Source: a virus
Taxonomy: Duplodnaviria > Heunggongvirae > Uroviricota > Caudoviricetes
Virus record (IMG/VR): IMGVR_UViG_2541047789_000007
Location: 1-43,035 of that record
Direction: 5' to 3' (one strand)
Length of the DNA stretch: 43,035 bases
Shown here: piece by piece, positions 18,638-27,950 of the stretch
Layout of the letters: every line of letters begins with the position of its first letter
How positions within the stretch are numbered: the stretch's first letter is position 1
Notes under the pieces: model-generated
The model's database searches: none
What the model was told of the DNA's origin: nothing
What the model saw: the letters and a program-made list of their open reading frames with translations, nothing else
Program-made: the position numbers and the translations under genes

Positions 18638-19764
18638 CAATCAGGAAACACCGCCAGGGCGAAACGATCAATATAACTTTCACCTACAAAGGAGTTAAAT
18701 GTCGTGAGCCTCTTTCCAATCTGGAAGTAACACCAAAGAACATTAAATACGCCGAGCGCACACTCGGCGAAATCCATAATAAGATCGAAAGGGGAACATT
18801 CATTTATGCGGAATATTTTCCCCGTTCTGCTCGTTTGAAAATTTTTGGTAATGCGGCTGCAGGCAAAACGGTAAAAATGTACCTGGACGAATACCTTGAA
18901 ATCTGCGAAACGAGAAAACTTTCACCCTCTACGATTGGTGGTTATAAAAAATGCCGTAGTGCGTTAGCCTCACTCCACATTTGCTCTGCAAGTGAATTAA
19001 CACCAGCAATCCTGAAAGCGTGGATTCAAAGCCAGAAAACGACCTTAAAAACAATTCGCAACCAGTTATCTTTCCTGCGGTCAGCACTTGATGAAGCCGT
19101 AACCGATGGAGTACTTCAAATTAACCCCGTATCGTTGGTAACTGCTTCGCGCTACCAAAGTGGTAAGTCAGAAGCAGAAAGCAGCTACGTGGTTGATCCG
19201 CTATCACCAGCAGAAGTTGATGTATTACTAGCAGCAGCCGGAAACAAACAATGGGAGAATCTGTTCCGGTTCGCTATACATACAGGCCTGCGTAGTTCTG
19301 AATTATGTGCCCTTCGATGGCGTGATATCGACTTTGTTGGAAAAACAGCCCATGTTCAGAGCGCTAGTGTTGTCGGAGTTATCAAAGGAACAAAGACAAA
19401 AGCCGGTACCCGTAAAGTTGAACTGACTGAAGAAGCAATGTTGGCGCTGATAAATCAGAAGCCATTTACATTCATGAAGGATGCTACTGTCTTTGAAGAT
19501 CCAAAGACCAATAAGCCATGGGCAAGTGCTGATGCAATCAGAAAAAAAGCATGGGTGCCAACATTGCGAAAAGCAGGTATTCGTTACAGAAATCCATATC
19601 AAACTAGGCATACATTCGCCACCCGCCATATCAGCCGGGGAGCAAACCTGTTTTGGCTTGCAGCTCAAATGGGGCATAAAGGACCGGAGATGCTTTTCAG
19701 GCACTATGGCTCATATCTGAAGGAATATGATGGACAAACAAGCTTGAAGAAGATAACAATATAA
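18598..19764 (+). CDS. Tyrosine integrase (lambda-type)
   Basis: 388 aa; catalytic R...HxxR...Y (TGLRSSEL, RHTFATRHI, LFRHYGSY). Confidence 0.9.
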   Translation: MGQTKLLKLPRGVTIRKHRQGETINITFTYKGVKCREPLSNLEVTPKNIKYAERTLGEIHNKIERGTFIYAEYFPRSARLKIFGNAAAGKTVKMYLDEYLEICETRKLSPSTIGGYKKCRSALASLHICSASELTPAILKAWIQSQKTTLKTIRNQLSFLRSALDEAVTDGVLQINPVSLVTASRYQSGKSEAESSYVVDPLSPAEVDVLLAAAGNKQWENLFRFAIHTGLRSSELCALRWRDIDFVGKTAHVQSASVVGVIKGTKTKAGTRKVELTEEAMLALINQKPFTFMKDATVFEDPKTNKPWASADAIRKKAWVPTLRKAGIRYRNPYQTRHTFATRHISRGANLFWLAAQMGHKGPEMLFRHYGSYLKEYDGQTSLKKITI

Positions 19765-19778
19765 TCCAAGCATGAAAC

Positions 19779-19805
19779 TATTGGCCACAATTTGTGGCCA
19801 TTTTA
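19779..19805 (+). terminator. Hairpin terminator after int
   Basis: TGGCCAC-aattt-GTGGCCA followed by TTTTA. Confidence 0.45.
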
Positions 19806-19822
19806 CGGAGCAAGATACAAAC

Positions 19823-21556
19823 ATGGCAAATCAAATTACCAAACTAAAAAATATAAATGTTGTGAAGTTTCGCGGACTGAAAAATATAAACATCGAGTTT
19901 GGTTCTCGCCTAACTGTTATTTGTGGTAAAAATGGCACATCTAAATCCACAATTCTTGGCATTATCGCCCAAATATTTAGCTTTACAAAGGACTTTACCA
20001 AAAACCCTGAGACTGATTTAACACAATATAAAACATTAACAAATGGCAGCTTCAAGTCAGCTTTCAGCGAACATTTTAGGCTTTCAGAACAATTTGATGT
20101 TCCTGGTTCAATGGACGTCAAAATTAGTGTCTATGATGGTGCATCGAACAAACATCTTGAAAAACTAACATTAGGTTTATACAGCTACAGTGACAGAGAT
20201 AAATCAAGGCCTGTAGTCAGGGGAAATGATTCAATACCGGAAAAAAACCAAAGTAGAAACGTTACTCATCCTGTTATTTTTTTAAGCTTAGCACGACTTC
20301 TTCCTATTACATTAAGGACTAATTACTCAACACGGGATGTTCAGTACATCAATGAAAATTCTGATGAAATCAGAATGATGAGTAACCAACTCTTACTAAA
20401 AAACAATGGAAGCTCAGTAACAGCAACAAAAGGTACTATCGATTCAATGGTTGTCCATGGTGACAATTATGATCACCAATCAGTATCTGTTGGTGAAGAT
20501 AATGTTGGACAATTAATCCAAGCAATTTTTTCATTTAAAAGATTGAAGGAAACTTATTCTGATTATCATGGCGGAATATTGTTAATTGATGAAGCCGATG
20601 CAGGTCTTTTCCCTGCTGCACAGTTAGAGCTAATTAATATTCTAACTAAAGCAGCAAAACAATACGATCTGCAAATAATCATGACCTCGCACTCTCCATT
20701 AATAATAGAGGATATCTATAATCGTTCAAAACAAGATAGTGATAGCTTTAAAACAATATATCTTACAGACACATATGGAGATATTAAAACAAAGAATAAT
20801 CTTTCATGGACAGATATCCACGCTGATTTACATGTTGAAACTGTAAAAATTAATGATGACATTTGTCTTCCAAAAGCAAATGTATATTTTGAAGACAAAG
20901 AAGGTTTCGACTTTTTCAAACAATTGATAACAGATCGAAAAATAAATAAAATATTAAATCCATTAGGGAATATAAATATTAGCTGCTCTGCCATGCTTGA
21001 CTTAATGGCAAGAAAAATACCAGAATTTACAGCTAAAAGCTTGATCGTCTTAGACGGTGATGTTGTTCACGACAACAGTGCTAATGCAAAAAAAGCCAAA
21101 AAAGAAAAAAACTTATGTTTGCTTCCAAGCACCTTACCTCCAGACCAAATGATTTTTGAGTTTTTATATAATTTACCACCTGATGATGCATATTGGGAAA
21201 ATAAAAATAAATTTACAAAATCTGTTTTTATGAAAACAGCTAAAGACATAATTACAACGCTAAAGATTGGTAACGCTCCGATTGATTTAAAAATCCTTAT
21301 AGATAATTATAAAAAAGTTAACAAAAATCATGGCGGGAGAGTGAGAAAACTGTTTAAAGATTTTGCACATACGACTCAATTTCAGGACCAAGTCAAAGGA
21401 CGAGTTAAAGATAACCCATATCGATATTGGGTCGAGAAAAATCCTGTGCAATCGGATAGCTTCAAGAATGAACTAATAAAGAGTCTTAAAGTTATTATGA
21501 TAAGTGGACATGGTGTCGATTCTGCTACCATCTCATCATATCTGTCAGATAACTAA
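19823..21556 (+). CDS. OLD-like ABC-type ATPase with C-terminal TOPRIM-like region (candidate anti-phage nuclease)
   Basis: Walker A GKNGTSKST, Walker B LLIDEADAGL, TSHSP; C-terminal acidic motifs YFEDKEG and IVLDGD; AT-rich; start trimmed to MANQITK. Confidence 0.55.
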   Translation: MANQITKLKNINVVKFRGLKNINIEFGSRLTVICGKNGTSKSTILGIIAQIFSFTKDFTKNPETDLTQYKTLTNGSFKSAFSEHFRLSEQFDVPGSMDVKISVYDGASNKHLEKLTLGLYSYSDRDKSRPVVRGNDSIPEKNQSRNVTHPVIFLSLARLLPITLRTNYSTRDVQYINENSDEIRMMSNQLLLKNNGSSVTATKGTIDSMVVHGDNYDHQSVSVGEDNVGQLIQAIFSFKRLKETYSDYHGGILLIDEADAGLFPAAQLELINILTKAAKQYDLQIIMTSHSPLIIEDIYNRSKQDSDSFKTIYLTDTYGDIKTKNNLSWTDIHADLHVETVKINDDICLPKANVYFEDKEGFDFFKQLITDRKINKILNPLGNINISCSAMLDLMARKIPEFTAKSLIVLDGDVVHDNSANAKKAKKEKNLCLLPSTLPPDQMIFEFLYNLPPDDAYWENKNKFTKSVFMKTAKDIITTLKIGNAPIDLKILIDNYKKVNKNHGGRVRKLFKDFAHTTQFQDQVKGRVKDNPYRYWVEKNPVQSDSFKNELIKSLKVIMISGHGVDSATISSYLSDN

Positions 21557-21567
21557 TTGATTAAAAA

Positions 21568-21601
21568 GGGTTTTATGTGATGGCCATAAAGCCCTTTTTT
21601 T
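21568..21601 (+). terminator. Rho-independent terminator between OLD-like gene and Dam-like gene
   Basis: GGGTTTTATG-tgatggc-CATAAAGCCC followed by T7. Confidence 0.6.
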
Positions 21602-21635
21602 GATATACTTTAGATCTGACATTTAGAGGTATCAT

Positions 21636-22535
21636 ATGCGTTTTAACACCCCACTTCGCTATCCTGGCGGTAAAGGCAAGCTTGCAAATTTCATGCTTCG
21701 GATTATTGAAGAAAATAATCTTTCGCCTATACATTATGCCGAACCATATGCTGGGGGTGCTGGTTTAGCATTGAAACTGTTACATCTAAATGCAGCTGAA
21801 AAAATCATCCTTAATGATATTAATATTTCTGTTTATGCTTTTTGGCACAGTGTATTAAATCATGCAGATCAATTATGTTCTTTAATTGAAAGAACAGAAG
21901 TTACAATGGATGAATGGTTTAGGCAGAAAGATATAATTAATAATCCTAAAGACCATGATCTTTTAACAATTGGTTTCTCAACCTTTTTTCTCAATAGAAC
22001 AAATCGTTCTGGAATATTAAAAGGTGGTGTAATTGGCGGTAAAAATCAAGAAGGGAAATGGAAGCTTGACGCTCGCTATAATAAGAGTGATTTGATTTCT
22101 CGAATCCATAGAATATCAGAAAATCGTCACAGAATAGATTTATATAACATGGATGCAATTGATTTCATAAAAAAAATAGTTATTCAATTGCCACAAAACT
22201 CATTAACATATTTGGATCCACCTTATTACATAAAAGGTAAAGGCTTATATATCAACCATTATGATCATGATGATCATGTTAGGGTTGCAAAAGTCGTACA
22301 GAATAATATTAAAACGCCTTGGATTGTTTCTTACGATAACACTCCTGAGATCCAAGCTATGTATAAGACATCCTCATTAGTATATGGAATAAACTACAGT
22401 GCTCAAGATCGGTACAAAGGATCTGAGGTAATGTTCTTCAGTGAACGATTGAAAATCTTTAAAACAGATGATCCAACTAAGGTAAAAGCGCCTGTATTTA
22501 AAAGAGGATGTGTTGACGACCACATCCAGACATAA
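21636..22535 (+). CDS. Dam-family N6-adenine DNA methyltransferase (D12 class)
   Basis: Motifs RYPGGKGK, AEPYAGGAGL (FxGxG) and LDPPYY; 299 aa; AT-rich. Confidence 0.8.
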   Translation: MRFNTPLRYPGGKGKLANFMLRIIEENNLSPIHYAEPYAGGAGLALKLLHLNAAEKIILNDINISVYAFWHSVLNHADQLCSLIERTEVTMDEWFRQKDIINNPKDHDLLTIGFSTFFLNRTNRSGILKGGVIGGKNQEGKWKLDARYNKSDLISRIHRISENRHRIDLYNMDAIDFIKKIVIQLPQNSLTYLDPPYYIKGKGLYINHYDHDDHVRVAKVVQNNIKTPWIVSYDNTPEIQAMYKTSSLVYGINYSAQDRYKGSEVMFFSERLKIFKTDDPTKVKAPVFKRGCVDDHIQT

Positions 22536-22606
22536 AAGGAGCCGCAAAAGATCCGCAGAATAAAATGGTTAGTATTAATCGTTTTATTTCAGCTAATTAT
22601 AAAAAT

Positions 22607-22640
22607 ACGGACTCGGGTTCAACTCCCGCCAGCTCCACCA
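22607..22640 (+). other. ssrA: ssrA (tmRNA) 3'-end fragment ending CCA: att core shared by the two elements
   Basis: CGGACtCGGGTTCAACTCCCGCCAGCTCCACCA has a tRNA-like T-arm plus acceptor 3' strand and CCA and matches the recalled E. coli ssrA 3' end; upstream sequence is unrelated AT-rich prophage DNA. Confidence 0.6.
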
Positions 22641-22686
22641 AAATTCTCCATCGGTGATTACCAGAGTCATCCGATGAAGTCCTAAG

Positions 22687-22719
22687 AGCCCGCACGGCGC
22701 AAGCCCTGCGGGCTTTTTT
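22687..22719 (+). terminator. Rho-independent terminator (ssrA terminator)
   Basis: GCCCGCA...TGCGGGC hairpin followed by T6. Confidence 0.6.
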
Positions 22720-22773
22720 GTGCCTTGAATTTGTCCCGCGAAGTCTGATGCCAACTAATTAAATCCGAACCTT

Positions 22774-22826
22774 TTAGGCACCTTGTTAGGCACCTCATAA
22801 AGCTTTATTGTTTTTGAGGTGCCTAA
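22774..22826. promoter_or_regulatory. Repeated TTAGGCACC motifs upstream of intA
   Basis: Direct repeats at 22774-22782 and 22786-22794 and an inverted copy GAGGTGCCTAA at 22816-22826, 20 bp before the intA ATG. Confidence 0.4.
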
Positions 22827-22844
22827 AACTATGGAAACCCGGCA

Positions 22845-24086
22845 ATGGCAAGACAAACCAAACCTCTATCCGTTAAAGAAATCGAATCTGCTAAACCCAA
22901 GGAAGCGGACTACGTTCTCTATGATGGCGATGGCCTTGAGCTACTGATCAAATCCAGCGGGAGTAAAATCTGGCAGTTTCGCTACATTCGCCCTGTCACC
23001 AAGAAACGAGCGAAGAAGAGCATAGGCCCCTACCCGTCAGTTACGCTTGCCGATGCTAGAAACTATCGCGCAGAGTCTCGTTCTCTTCTGGCGAAACAAA
23101 TCGACCCTCAGGAACATCAGCAAGAACAACTTCGCAGTTCGCTGGAAGCTAAAACCAATACTTTCCAACTCGTAGCTGAACGATGGTGGAATGTGAAGAA
23201 AGCCAGCGTGACAGAGGACTATGCCGACGATATCTGGCGCTCTCTTGAAAGAGATGTCTTTCCTGCAATTGGCGACATTAGCGTTACAGATATTAAAGCT
23301 CACACACTGGTTCAGGCCGTCCAACCGGTTCAGGCCAGAGGAGCACTGGAAACCGTTCGTCGCCTGTGCCAACGCATTAATGAGGTCATGATCTATGCCC
23401 AAAACACAGGACTGATTGATGCTGTTCCTAGCGTTAATATCGGTAAAGCCTTCGAGAAGCCTCAGAAAAAGAACATGCCCAGCATTCGACCGGATCAGCT
23501 ACCTCAACTGATGCAGACAATGCGAACAGCCAGCATTAGCCTTTCCACACGCTGCCTGTTCATGTGGCAACTTCTTACTATTACCCGCCCTGCCGAAGCG
23601 GCTGAAGCTCGCTGGGAAGAGGTAGACATAGAAGCGCGAGAGTGGAAGATTCCTGCAGCACGCATGAAAATGAACCGCGACCATACTGTTCCATTGTCAG
23701 ATAAAGCAATTGCGATACTGGAGATGATGAAGCCGTTAAGTGAAAATCGAGAATTTATCTTTCCCAGCCGTATCAAGCCAAACCAGCCGATGAACAGTCA
23801 AACCGTTAACGCATCGCTAAAACGCGCAGGTTTTAGTGGAGTGCTCGTTTCGCATGGGCTGAGATCAATTGCCAGTACGGCTCTTAATGAACAAGGCTTT
23901 CCGCCTGATGTTATTGAGGCAGCACTTGCCCATGTGGACAAGAATGAGGTTCGCCGTGCTTATAACCGCAGCGATTACCTAGAACAGCGTCGCCCGATGA
24001 TGCAATGGTGGGCTGACTTCGTTATGGCTGCTGAGCACGGAAGTATGATTGGAGATGGCATTCGAGGTATAAGGCTTGTCGGCTAA
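22845..24086 (+). CDS. intA: P4-type tyrosine integrase IntA
   Basis: 413 aa starting MARQTKPL; immediately downstream of ssrA 3' end as in CP4-57. Confidence 0.9.
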   Translation: MARQTKPLSVKEIESAKPKEADYVLYDGDGLELLIKSSGSKIWQFRYIRPVTKKRAKKSIGPYPSVTLADARNYRAESRSLLAKQIDPQEHQQEQLRSSLEAKTNTFQLVAERWWNVKKASVTEDYADDIWRSLERDVFPAIGDISVTDIKAHTLVQAVQPVQARGALETVRRLCQRINEVMIYAQNTGLIDAVPSVNIGKAFEKPQKKNMPSIRPDQLPQLMQTMRTASISLSTRCLFMWQLLTITRPAEAAEARWEEVDIEAREWKIPAARMKMNRDHTVPLSDKAIAILEMMKPLSENREFIFPSRIKPNQPMNSQTVNASLKRAGFSGVLVSHGLRSIASTALNEQGFPPDVIEAALAHVDKNEVRRAYNRSDYLEQRRPMMQWWADFVMAAEHGSMIGDGIRGIRLVG

Positions 24087-24092
24087 TACACG

Positions 24093-24126
24093 AATAAGCG
24101 CTTAAAATGGAGCGCTTATTCTTATT
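24093..24126. terminator. Hairpin terminator between convergent intA and yfjH-like
   Basis: AATAAGCGCT-taaaatgg-AGCGCTTATT 10-bp stem followed by T-rich tract. Confidence 0.55.
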
Positions 24127-24721
24127 ATCCAAATTCACATAAAAATTACTACAACTGACCATTTCTTTTTTTTCTGCTTACAGTGTCTTCGAAAGCCTGC
24201 TTCACACTTTCAACATTTGTAGACCACGATTTTAAAATAGTATCGGCTAAGGCTTCCTGACTGGTTGTTGGCATTCGATATTTTTTATCGTGCTTATTAA
24301 TATTCAATTTTGACTCCTCTATAAATAGCCACAAAGGTTCAATGAGAACATTCACCGCTGCAGCTTTACTTCTCCATCCTTCTTCAGGAGACAAATCATT
24401 TATAAGTTCCACCAGTTTTTCCTGAATAGGTCGATACATTTCAGATTTTTTTATCCCACCTTTCCTTCCTGATCTATTCCTGATAGATAAAAGTTTAGTT
24501 TGCTTATCTACTGAGATCTTATACCAAACCATCCCCATGCTTTTATCAAATAACTCAGATGCTTTTTTAAATGCTTCAAATGCAACATCCTCGTTGTCTG
24601 ATATAACTAATTCACCCCATTTATAGCACTTCAGTGCATACTTAAGGTGAAATTTAAAAAGCTCATCCATAGAGATATATTCAGGGATAATGACAGCAAC
24701 ATTATCGGTAATGACTCCAAC

Positions 24722-25225
24722 TTATTGATAGTGTTTTATGTTCAGATAATGCCCGATGACTTTGTCATGCAGCTCCACCGATTTTGAAAACGACAGCGAC
24801 TTCCGTCCCAGCCGTGCCAGGTGCTGCCTCAGATTCAGGTTATGCCGCTCAATTCGCTGCGTATATCGCTTGCTGATTACGTGCAGCTTTCCCTTCAGGC
24901 GGGATTCATACAGCGGCCAGCCATCCGTCATCCATATCACCACGTCAAAGGGTGACAGCAGGCTCATAAGACGCCCCAGCGTCGCCATAGTGCGTTCACC
25001 GAATACGTGCGCAACAACCGTCTTCCGGAGACTGTCATACGCGTAAAACAGCCAGCGCTGGCGCGATTTAGCCCCGACATAGCCCCACTGTTCGTCCATT
25101 TCCGCGCAGACGATGACGTCACTGCCCGGCTGTATGCGCGAGGTTACCGACTGCGGCCTGAGTTTTTTAAGTGACGTAAAATCGTGTTGAGGCCAACGCC
25201 CATAATGCGGGCAGTTGCCCGGCAT
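24722..25225 (-). CDS. insB: IS1 transposase InsB
   Basis: 167-aa ORF starting [16 protein letters not shown]. Confidence 0.9.
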
Positions 25226-25419
25226 CCAACGCCATTCATGGCCATATCAATGATTTTCTGGTGCGTACCGGGTTGAGAAGCGGTGTAAGTGAACTGCAGT
25301 TGCCATGTTTTACGGCAGTGAGAGCAGAGATAGCGCTGATGTCCGGCGGTGCTTTTGCCGTTACGCACCACCCCGTCAGTAGCTGAACAGGAGGGACAGC
25401 TGATAGAAACAGAAGCCAC
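25144..25419 (-). CDS. insA: IS1 InsA
   Basis: 91-aa ORF starting [32 protein letters not shown]. Confidence 0.9.
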
Positions 25420-25932
25420 TGGAGCACCTCAAAAACACCATCATACACTAAATCAGTAAGTTGGCAGCATCACCAACATTATCTCTCAGAAGTTCTGCCT
25501 CCAATGTACTCCAATAACGTTCAATAAGCTTAGCTAACTCGATGCTTTTCTCATTTGATGGAAAGTCCTTATGAGAGTCAGTGTACCTATGCTCCTTCAA
25601 ATAAGATGATGAATACAATAATATTCCGGGACCAAACTTCTTGGAGTTCCAGACCCGCTCTTTCATCATAGTCAACTCAGCCTGCATATCTGTATGCTTT
25701 TCATCCAGAACTTGGGCGTACATGCTCCATTCACAGTCCTTCATCTCACTGGAGAGAGCACTGCATTTTCGACTAATTTCTTCACTAAAAATTTTAAGAG
25801 AAAACATTTATCTTCACAATATCAACAAGTTAAACCCGTTAAAAATAAACCTTTGCTAGCCGTATTTTTTCGAAGAATCCTTGCAGCTATTCTTTGCTGG
25901 AACCAAACTGAGCTAACAAGAGGCAAACTAGT

Positions 25933-26145
25933 ATGAACACTTCATCAGCAGTCAGGATACTCCGCTTACCTGCTGTTATCCATAAAACAGGTATCTCGCG
26001 AGCCACAATTTATGACTGGTTGAACCCGAGGTCGCCGCGATATGATCCAACTTTTCCGAAGAAAAGAAAGCTTGGAACACAATCAGTTGGATGGCTTGAA
26101 TCAGAAATCGATGAATGGTTGTTACATCGTAGTCTTATTAATTAA
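25933..26145 (+). CDS. alpA: AlpA-family transcriptional regulator
   Basis: 70 aa; LRLPAV..KTGISRATIYDWLNP signature. Confidence 0.85.
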   Translation: MNTSSAVRILRLPAVIHKTGISRATIYDWLNPRSPRYDPTFPKKRKLGTQSVGWLESEIDEWLLHRSLIN

Positions 26146-26171
26146 TTCTAAAGAGGAGTTAGATAGGATGT

Positions 26172-27686
26172 ATGTCTAAAAAAAACAGTTCAACGCAAAA
26201 TAAAGAATTTGTACTAAACTTCCAGACGCTTCCCACTTTTGCACAGCGATTGATAAGTTACATACATTACAAAACAGGAGCTCCCGCTGAGCTTATTTTA
26301 ATAGTATTACTTGGGGTAATGGCTTTTTCCTGCCAGGATAAATTTGATGTTCAGCTTAAAAATGGGAGAACATTTACATCACTTTACCTCCTTCTATTAG
26401 CACGGTCAGGTAGCAGGAAGTCAACGGTATTCAAAGCACTGATGGAAACAATCCATCAAATGGAAAAAGAACTGAAGAATATCTTTCTGGAAAAGGAAAA
26501 GCTTTATGAACTGAAAAAAGTATCTTGGGATACGGAATTAAAAGAACTTAAAAAGCAATTTAGCAAAGCTGTTCGCCAGAAGGTTGATGTAGCTGAAACA
26601 CGCGAAGCACTGGAGGTATGTCAGAAAAGTGGACCGATAGCACCAGTTAGAAAGTATCTTACTAAAAATGATTCAACAAGCGAGGGACTTAAAAAGACAT
26701 TAGCTCTGGGATCTCCGTCATTGATGCTCGGTTCTGATGAAGCCGGAGGGGTGTTTGACAGTAGCCTTTTTCGCGATATATCAGTTCTCAACTCTCTTTG
26801 GGGAGAAGGGAGAATTTCAGACAGCAGAGCATCTCGTGACAGCTACGATGTTGATGATGTCCGGCTGACCATATTGCTGTTACTGCAACCTGCAATATTT
26901 AACGATTTTCTAGGCAAGCAAGGAAAAAAATTAAGAAACTCAGGGTTCTTAGCCCGTTTATTACTAATTGATCTGGATCAAATACCTGAACTATGCGATA
27001 TCCCTGATATATGTTCATGGTCTGATGGGCCAGGGCTTGATGGCTTTTTCTCTATTCTTGTTAAGCATTTGCAAGACGGTATACAGCGTAGAGAAAACAA
27101 TGAAGAACGTATCTGTATTACTTTATCTGAAGAGGCGAAAGCACTATGGGAAACACAAAATAAGCGAATCAGGGAACTTATGCAACTAGGAGGTGAGTTG
27201 CATCACTATGATGATTTTGGTTCCAGAATTATGGAACAAGCTACGCGAATCGCAGCAGTAATGCAAATGTTTATTACACCCGACTCACCAATAATTACTA
27301 GGGATACATTTCTGTCAGCAGCTAAAATAAGTGAATGGTGTATTACCCATTTAATTTCAAAAGTAGACTCTACCAGAAAACCTAGCGATAAAGAAAAGTT
27401 GTTATTTTGGCTTGAGGAACATGTTATCAGTAATAAATCTTACGATTTTAGGAGGCACACCATTCGTAGAGATGGTCCAAACTCTCTTAGAAGCATAGAA
27501 CGCCTGATACCCGTTTTAAAGGAACTTGAAAAAGATGGAAAGGTACAGTTATTTAAAGAGGATGGCGTTGACTATGTGAAATTCACTGGTTCAGAAGTGA
27601 AATATGGTGATTTGGCTAAAGCATTAAACATACCGTTAATTTCATCTGGATCTATTGGCTTTAATAAACTACCAAGACATGAATAA
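26172..27686 (+). CDS. yfjI: YfjI-like protein (DUF3987, primase/helicase-related)
   Basis: 504 aa, GAGGAG RBS, synteny downstream of alpA. Confidence 0.6.
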   Translation: MSKKNSSTQNKEFVLNFQTLPTFAQRLISYIHYKTGAPAELILIVLLGVMAFSCQDKFDVQLKNGRTFTSLYLLLLARSGSRKSTVFKALMETIHQMEKELKNIFLEKEKLYELKKVSWDTELKELKKQFSKAVRQKVDVAETREALEVCQKSGPIAPVRKYLTKNDSTSEGLKKTLALGSPSLMLGSDEAGGVFDSSLFRDISVLNSLWGEGRISDSRASRDSYDVDDVRLTILLLLQPAIFNDFLGKQGKKLRNSGFLARLLLIDLDQIPELCDIPDICSWSDGPGLDGFFSILVKHLQDGIQRRENNEERICITLSEEAKALWETQNKRIRELMQLGGELHHYDDFGSRIMEQATRIAAVMQMFITPDSPIITRDTFLSAAKISEWCITHLISKVDSTRKPSDKEKLLFWLEEHVISNKSYDFRRHTIRRDGPNSLRSIERLIPVLKELEKDGKVQLFKEDGVDYVKFTGSEVKYGDLAKALNIPLISSGSIGFNKLPRHE

Positions 27687-27950
27687 CTTCAGAGTAGCTA
27701 AGGTCTTGCTGGATAATATTTTTTCGTTCTAAAAGCTAGTAATTCCGTGGCCTAGATTTAAATTATCAGGGAGGGCAATCTATGTGTTTAAAGTGGTATA
27801 TGTAATATATCTTGGTTAAGGATCCATACCTAATCAGTACTTATCAATAGTAATAGTAACTCCCCTACAGGAGTTATATCCAACATCACATGGGTAGCGT
27901 GAGGGCTACCCATTATACAAAGATTATTATTTACATACTTAAGGATTATT

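Larger units (their letters stand above)
1..22606. mobile_element. Lambdoid prophage, partial in window (structural end continues beyond position 1; int/cargo end abuts the ssrA 3' fragment)
   Basis: Lambda-like synteny on minus strand (portal, W, terminase, Nu1, Rz/Rz1, R, S, Q, RusA, O-like, cro) with divergent cI and plus-strand xis/int; ends next to tmRNA 3'-end fragment. Confidence 0.85.
24707..25473 (-). mobile_element. IS1 insertion sequence, complete, with 9-bp target-site duplication AACATTATC
   Basis: Ends GGTAATGACTCCAACTTATTGAT (24707-) and ATCAGTAAGTTGGCAGCATCACC (-25473); identical 9-bp flanks at 24698-24706 and 25474-25482; insA and insB ORFs inside. Confidence 0.9.
24149..25807 (-). 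pseudogene. yfjH-like gene disrupted by IS1 (N-terminal part 25474-25807, C-terminal part 24149-24706)
   Basis: The two minus-strand ORF fragments are in the same frame across the IS1 target duplication (both read ...DNV at the junction); AT-rich. Confidence 0.7.

Noticed and set aside
19772-19822. N-terminal 17 codons of the 594-aa ORF (MKLLATICGHFTEQDTN)
   Set aside because: This stretch encodes the int terminator hairpin; ATG at 19823 preceded by GGAG is the more plausible start
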